A stretch of DNA of 20,000 bases from an uncultured virus (IMG/VR IMGVR_UViG_3300033120_000711) (taxonomy: Duplodnaviria > Heunggongvirae > Uroviricota > Caudoviricetes). The position numbers were made by a program, and so were the translations under genes. The notes under the pieces were generated by a model, which saw nothing but the letters and a program-made list of their open reading frames with translations, was not told the DNA's origin and did not search any database. The stretch lies in IMG/VR virus record IMGVR_UViG_3300033120_000711; one strand, given 5' to 3'. The number at the start of each line of letters is the position of its first letter. Position 1 is the first letter of the stretch. This document shows, one piece after another, positions 15,190 to 20,000 of the stretch.

Positions 15190-15339
15190 TTAATTACTAC
15201 AAAACTGTTTAATGTGACTTCTACATCGTAAGGCAAATGCAGAAAATAACTCTCCTGTTTCTCTATTCATTACATGCCCGCAGACGGGACATGTAAATTT
15301 TGTCATATTCTCAATATAGTGCCATATGCCTAATACCAT
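15190..15339 (-). CDS. Small zinc-finger-like protein, 49 aa (FTCPVCG...H...C)
   Basis: Manual translation; ATG 21 nt after the promoter motif at 15360-15375. Confidence 0.55.
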   Translation of the reverse strand: MVLGIWHYIENMTKFTCPVCGHVMNRETGELFSAFALRCRSHIKQFCSN

Positions 15340-15403
15340 GTTAAATAACTAGGACTTCTTAGTATTAATAGTTTTCTGGGGTCATTAAGGTCCGCTACCT
15401 TAT

Positions 15404-15628
15404 CTACGTTTCCCGATGTAATTTCAAAATTGGCATATTACCTTCTTCGTTACCTTTTGGAATTGCTGATTCATAAATGGTAATTCGCGTTTCACCGCCA
15501 CACGCATTTGGCACATAAATTATTACTGTGTTGCCATCCTCGCTGAGTTTTACCATTTCCAAAAGTTGTTGTATTGGAGCTGGGCGATACGTTTGCGTTT
15601 CATCTTTTTCGTCTATTTGCAGTTTCAT
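15404..15628 (-). CDS. Hypothetical protein, 74 aa
   Basis: ATG 15628 with GAGAGGA SD. Confidence 0.7.
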   Translation of the reverse strand: MKLQIDEKDETQTYRPAPIQQLLEMVKLSEDGNTVIIYVPNACGGETRITIYESAIPKGNEEGNMPILKLHRET

Positions 15629-15767
15629 ATTATTCCTCTCCCTGCTTAGTATTAATAGTTTTCGAAACACTCACTACACATGATTTTTCCGTTTTCATAT
15701 TATTCCTCTCCCTGCTTAGTATTAATAGTTTTCGAAACACTCACTACACATGATTTTTCCGTTTTCA
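15623..15767. repeat. Perfect 70-bp tandem duplication with a 5-bp junction microhomology (TTTCA)
   Basis: 15623-15697 is identical to 15693-15767. Confidence 0.95.
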
Positions 15768-16048
15768 AGAGATAACATTTTGACTTTTCCACAAATAGGA
15801 CATATTTCTTCAATCCAAGAATAACATCCAAGTTCAAGACCTCTTAAGGGTTCTATAATATAACCCTCTTTAAGTCCTGTTATGTCTATTTCTTTTTGCC
15901 ATTTCACTCTAATATCAATCCAGTCATGAAAATCCGCTAATCCAGATTCCCAAGCCAACTTCTTAGCACTTTTGGCGGTCTTAGCAACTATAGAATATCC
16001 TTCACACTCATCCGGATCGGGTTTAATAAAGTAGCATCTAAGGGTCAT
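15722..16048 (-). CDS. Hypothetical protein with C-terminal zinc ribbon
   Basis: CPICG...CSEC; ATG at 16048. Confidence 0.75.
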   Translation of the reverse strand: MTLRCYFIKPDPDECEGYSIVAKTAKSAKKLAWESGLADFHDWIDIRVKWQKEIDITGLKEGYIIEPLRGLELGCYSWIEEICPICGKVKMLSLENGKIMCSECFENY

Positions 16049-16280
16049 TGAAAACCACATCGTATAATTGAAATTTAGGTTCTTTTGTAGTTATCACAAG
16101 GATACCATTATACCTTTCGAGGTCAGATTTAATTATGATGTTTGCGAAATCGTGGAGATCCAACCTCATATCTTTCGTGTAGTCCCTTGGAATATACGAA
16201 ATATAATCTTCCTCTGAAATTAATTCTTTTAATTCTCGCGGGGCATTGTTATAAGACCAAAATTGGATAAATTCATTCAT
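16038..16280 (-). CDS. Hypothetical protein
   Basis: ORF track; ATGA overlap with the upstream gene. Confidence 0.7.
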   Translation of the reverse strand: MNEFIQFWSYNNAPRELKELISEEDYISYIPRDYTKDMRLDLHDFANIIIKSDLERYNGILVITTKEPKFQLYDVVFNDP

Positions 16281-16495
16281 ATTTTTTCTCTTCCAAATTT
16301 ACACTCTTCGTTCTTAAACCTTTCTTCTTTTGTTGCATGTCTGATGTCGCGGTCGAATACAACAGATCTTTTACGGGTTTCATAATCGAATATTTCTCTT
16401 GGTGATTCTCCTGTAGTATCCCAAATGTAAGTAAGTCTCGCTCCAGCTACGTGATATCTACCATTAAACATAATTCGATCTTGGGTAATGATCAT
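16277..16495 (-). CDS. Hypothetical protein
   Basis: ORF track; GAGGA SD. Confidence 0.7.
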   Translation of the reverse strand: MIITQDRIMFNGRYHVAGARLTYIWDTTGESPREIFDYETRKRSVVFDRDIRHATKEERFKNEECKFGREKI

Positions 16496-16530
16496 TTAAC
16501 GATCCTCTTCTTCGTACATTGGTGCGGGAT

Positions 16531-16746
16531 CTAAAGAATTAAAAAACCTTTGTCCAATAATTCCAATAAGAGCCAAAAAAATCCAAATACAATATAACTG
16601 ATTTGATTATAACCAAAATCCATTTTAATTACTGCTGCCGCAGCCAAAGTTAAACCAACAAATCCAAATATTGTTGCAACTAGTCCTCCTCCCGCGCTAA
16701 TGATTAAAAGGATCGCATAAACTATAGGTTTTAGTATACTATTCAT
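16531..16746 (-). CDS. Small membrane protein (possible frameshift in a T7 run; alternative end at 16496)
   Basis: Hydrophobic; ATGA overlap with the helicase stop. Confidence 0.7.
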   Translation of the reverse strand: MNSILKPIVYAILLIISAGGGLVATIFGFVGLTLAAAAVIKMDFGYNQISYIVFGFFWLLLELLDKGFLIL

Positions 16747-18443
16747 TTCTCCATCACTCTCCTTGCCAGTACCTTCTCTGATAACTTTTCTTTCTTTTTT
16801 AATATTTTATTTATACGAGATTCAATTACACTGTTGCTGTTAAGCTCGTAGAATGTCATAGGATGTATTTGTCCTTTGCGCTCAATGCGGCCTCGAAGCT
16901 GTTCCATGCGGCTAAATGTCCATGAAGAATTTAATATTATCATCGATGAGCAATGTTGAAGGTTTAAACCTTCTTGAGCTTTTTCTGAAGCTAAAAGAAT
17001 CCTAGTATCTCCCCTAAACTTCTCAATTTCATCTTCTGTATTATAATCTCCCGCAACCATAGCACAATCTTCGTTCGTGAGACATCTTTTTACGAGTTCT
17101 AGAGCTTTTACATAAGTGGAAAATACAATTATTTTTTCCTTGCCAGATTCTTCTAAAATGTCTTTTACCTCTAAAAGACGGGGTGTTAACTCTATATCTT
17201 CTGGTTTGATCTTACCTTCTAATAACTCTTGAACTTTACTCGGAATATATTCAAGAAATAAGTTTTCTTTTCTCTCGACCTGACTCCATAAATCTAAGCC
17301 CCTTGGTGCATCCAAAATTTCTACTGGAAGCAGCGCGGGACTTATGAGATTTTCGCGACTGTATGTAAAATATTTTAGAATATTATCGGGGTCCTCTTTT
17401 GCCAATTCCAATAATCTTTTCTCAATTCGCTTTTGCTCCTTAGATAATTCTACAGTTCTAATAATTGTCGATGTTGGTGGAAGATTCAATACTTCACGCT
17501 TTTCTTTTCGGATCACAAGAGGCTTAATAAGATCTCTAAACTCATCCACATTACGTTCTCCTAAGATTTGCCAATAAGATCTCCCATTTGGTCCCTGTCT
17601 TAATTCTCTAACAAGAAACATTTCGGCAAATTTCTCATAAGATGGAACAAATCCCGGACTAACTATGTTTAATATCGTATAAAATTCTCCCAAATTATTA
17701 TCAACTGGCTGCCCCGTTAATCCAATACAAGAAAAAGCCTTATTTCTCAGATCTATACACGCCTTTGTTCGTTTAGATTCCCGATTTTTTATACGCATAA
17801 TTTCATCAAATATTAATAATCCATTTCCATTTAAATACAATTTGGCCTTATCGAGATCATTTTTTTGCCTCATTAAGTCATAAGAACAAATAACATATTG
17901 ACACTTTTTTGCAGTCCCCCATTGTTTCTCGCGTTTTTCTCTCGACCCATCTATCACTATTTTACTCGGATCTAGATTATTAAATTTTTTTAATTCATCA
18001 AACCATTGACCGCGTAGAGACGCAGGACAAACAACAAGAGTTCTTTGACCTAAATAATCAGCATACCCCATAGAAGTGGGACTTTTTCCGAGACCTATTG
18101 ATAGGGCTATTACACAGGATTGAGCGTTTTTAGCAAACTCTAAAGCCTCTTTTTGATAGTCAAGCAACATTTCAGATTTAAAATTATGCTTGAAAATTCT
18201 AGTGGGTTTAAACGTTGTTTTTTGGCTGTATTCGTCTAATACAGCTTTTGAAGGCTGTATCCCAAAAGATTCTAGGGCTTTAACTACGTGAGGTTGAAAA
18301 TCTTTTCGAATCCAAAAATGTCCAAAAGAATTATAATTAAACCCTAAAACGTTCAGATTTTTATAAAGTTTAGTCGAACTATCGGCTATGACAGCTAAAA
18401 CTTTTTCCTTAAAACCCTCTGGAACTCCATACATCATCTGCAA
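16743..18443 (-). CDS. SNF2-family (SF2) helicase/ATPase
   Basis: LLDYQ, GLGKS, LVVCPASL, DEIM (DExx), LTGQP, IVFS, EGLNLQ, QLRGRIERKGQ. Confidence 0.92.
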   Translation of the reverse strand: MQMMYGVPEGFKEKVLAVIADSSTKLYKNLNVLGFNYNSFGHFWIRKDFQPHVVKALESFGIQPSKAVLDEYSQKTTFKPTRIFKHNFKSEMLLDYQKEALEFAKNAQSCVIALSIGLGKSPTSMGYADYLGQRTLVVCPASLRGQWFDELKKFNNLDPSKIVIDGSREKREKQWGTAKKCQYVICSYDLMRQKNDLDKAKLYLNGNGLLIFDEIMRIKNRESKRTKACIDLRNKAFSCIGLTGQPVDNNLGEFYTILNIVSPGFVPSYEKFAEMFLVRELRQGPNGRSYWQILGERNVDEFRDLIKPLVIRKEKREVLNLPPTSTIIRTVELSKEQKRIEKRLLELAKEDPDNILKYFTYSRENLISPALLPVEILDAPRGLDLWSQVERKENLFLEYIPSKVQELLEGKIKPEDIELTPRLLEVKDILEESGKEKIIVFSTYVKALELVKRCLTNEDCAMVAGDYNTEDEIEKFRGDTRILLASEKAQEGLNLQHCSSMIILNSSWTFSRMEQLRGRIERKGQIHPMTFYELNSNSVIESRINKILKKKEKLSEKVLARRVMEK

Positions 18444-18557
18444 GTTTATCCTCCCTTAAATGCCACAATTATCTCTGAAACTATTTAAAACTGCCCGTCA
18501 AAAGATTTAAATAATATTAAAATAATATAATAGTTATATTTTTTTGAGGTATTTATA

Positions 18558-19310
18558 ATGGCTAAAAGAAATCTCACGGAGGAGAAGAGGCACATAATAA
18601 ACGAACAACAAAGAACTCGCCGCGAAATTGACGGAGATAGAATCCGAGAACGCGACAGAAAATATCGCCAACTAAATAGAGATAAAATAAATAAAAGATT
18701 GCGGGAATATTATGAGAAAAACAAAACTGACAAAGAAAAGATGGAGAAAATCCGGGAAAGTAAAAGAAGATTTGAAATTAACCAGAAACTTAGGGCATTA
18801 AATATAATAGGCGGATATCAGTGTTCCTTGTGTGATTGCAGCGACATAAACAAACTAACTATTGATCACATAGATAATTCGGGACACATTGACAAAAAGA
18901 ATGGGTTAAGAGTTGCTAGAGCAATAACCACAAATAAATTATCGGAAAAGCAGTTAACAAATTTAAGGGTTTTGTGTTGGAACCATAATTTATCAAGGTG
19001 TAGAAAATATCTAGATCTTCCTTATGAAAAACAAACTTACGGCCAAAGATATGCAGCCAAACTCTGGAAAGAAGCCTTTAATTTTTTTGGACCGTGCCAT
19101 TGTGGAGAGTCGGAGTTAAAATTTCTTACAATTTCCCACATTCATAATGATGGAGCGGAGCGCAGAAGAAAAGGAGAAAAGGTAGGAATAGGATTAATAA
19201 TAAAGTTCCGTAAGGCATCTTGGCCGGAATCTTTAAAAAAAGATTATTGTTTAGAATGTGCTAATTGTAATTGTTCAAAAATAGAAAATCACCCAAGATT
19301 AAGTCAATAA
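18558..19310 (+). CDS. HNH-like endonuclease with two tandem Cys/His modules and a basic N-terminal helix
   Basis: C..CDC..LTIDHIDNSG..LCWNHN and CHCG..LTISHIHNDG..ECANCN; GAGGT SD; upstream TTTAAATA box. Confidence 0.7.
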   Translation: MAKRNLTEEKRHIINEQQRTRREIDGDRIRERDRKYRQLNRDKINKRLREYYEKNKTDKEKMEKIRESKRRFEINQKLRALNIIGGYQCSLCDCSDINKLTIDHIDNSGHIDKKNGLRVARAITTNKLSEKQLTNLRVLCWNHNLSRCRKYLDLPYEKQTYGQRYAAKLWKEAFNFFGPCHCGESELKFLTISHIHNDGAERRRKGEKVGIGLIIKFRKASWPESLKKDYCLECANCNCSKIENHPRLSQ

Positions 19311-19328
19311 CTAACAAAATTTTATACT

Positions 19329-19844
19329 CTACCTCGCACTATTTTCCTGTATATAACTAAGAGAAAGTTGCTTCATTAACCAATCATATCTATATTTAAT
19401 TTCTCGTGCATCCCATAAAGCATGATGCTCAATTTTATCTGGAAGATCAGGTAATCTAACATTCCCATATTCTGTTGTCATTTGTTTTAGATCTAAACAA
19501 TACATAGGCCATCCAGTAGGTAAGTCTATCATCCGCCCAAAGAGTTGACACAATACAACCCAGCCATAGTCGGAATAATATCCAATCCAACTAGGGTTAC
19601 TTTTTTGACTTGCAAATTCAATTACCTCTTTAGCAATAACCTTTCTTCTTTTCCCGTTATTGAAATCTAAATGTTTTATAACATTATCCCAAACCCAATT
19701 ATCTGCAAGATGTAAGTTAATGTCTATAGGATCTACTACGGCATAATATTCTCTACCATCTTCCGCAACAATTCCTATACTCAAAAGTTGAATTGGATGC
19801 TCAGGACCAGCTTCTATAAATTCAGTATCAAGAAAATATTTCAT
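19329..19844 (-). CDS. DEDDh 3'-5' exoribonuclease, RNase AS/Rv2179c-like
   Basis: FLDTEF, SIGIVAEDGREYYA, WVVLCQLFG, HHALWDA. Confidence 0.88.
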   Translation of the reverse strand: MKYFLDTEFIEAGPEHPIQLLSIGIVAEDGREYYAVVDPIDINLHLADNWVWDNVIKHLDFNNGKRRKVIAKEVIEFASQKSNPSWIGYYSDYGWVVLCQLFGRMIDLPTGWPMYCLDLKQMTTEYGNVRLPDLPDKIEHHALWDAREIKYRYDWLMKQLSLSYIQENSAR

Positions 19845-19855
19845 AGTAATGCTCC

Positions 19856-19913
19856 TCAGTCTTCATCAAGATCAACCTCAATTACAATTGTATGATCAGA
19901 TCTTTTATGAATA
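19856..19913 (-). pseudogene. 3' end of a gene interrupted by the IS (..IHKRSDHTIVIEVDLDED*)
   Basis: Open frame from the IS junction to a TGA that overlaps the SD of the next gene. Confidence 0.4.
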
Positions 19914-20000
19914 GTGACCACTCCCCATCCTGAAGGGCGGGGCTTCTACGGCTCGAATTAACCTTAGAAAGTTAAGCTCACCGACAGACTGTAGTCCCAG
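19914..20000 (-). mobile_element. Right end of an IS200/IS605-family (tnpB) element; continues beyond the window
   Basis: Minus strand reads GAAGCCCCGCCCTTCAGGATGGGGAGTGGTCAC: a subterminal hairpin followed by terminal TCAC. Confidence 0.8.

Noticed and set aside
15623..15767. CRISPR array
   Set aside because: Only two contiguous 70-bp units and no spacers
696..17577. Plus-strand track ORFs (696, 2679, 2872, 5385, 6529, 7168, 9695, 13414, 17344)
   Set aside because: Antisense shadows of well-supported minus-strand genes; no recognizable motifs

Overview
AT-rich, densely packed segment with almost all genes on the minus strand. It looks like the accessory/early region of a large tailed virus (or provirus), most likely of an archaeon. 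Evidence for an archaeal host: GGTGA(T)-type Shine-Dalgarno sites, a recurrent BRE/TATA-like motif, apparently leaderless genes, an archaeal-type tRNA-Tyr (C1:G72, short variable loop), CCA-less tRNAs and an archaeal-like thymidylate synthase. The window encodes an RNA ligase, three radical SAM enzymes, a metallophosphoesterase, an HD hydrolase, a ThyA-like enzyme, a SNF2 helicase, a two-module HNH-like protein, an RNase AS-like exonuclease, three tRNAs, one tRNA-like RNA and the right end of an IS200/IS605-family element. The main candidate system is five tandem, overlapping genes whose products all begin M-x-x-R-x-G-F-V-S-N-S-S-S-x-S-F, two of them fused to RING-H2-type zinc fingers. They are coupled to a radical SAM/SPASM-type enzyme, with a second, splicease-like radical SAM nearby. 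Other notable elements are a GC-rich multi-hairpin ncRNA candidate (2236-2348) and a 130-nt tRNA mimic (5711-5840). All family assignments come from motif recognition by eye, not database searches.
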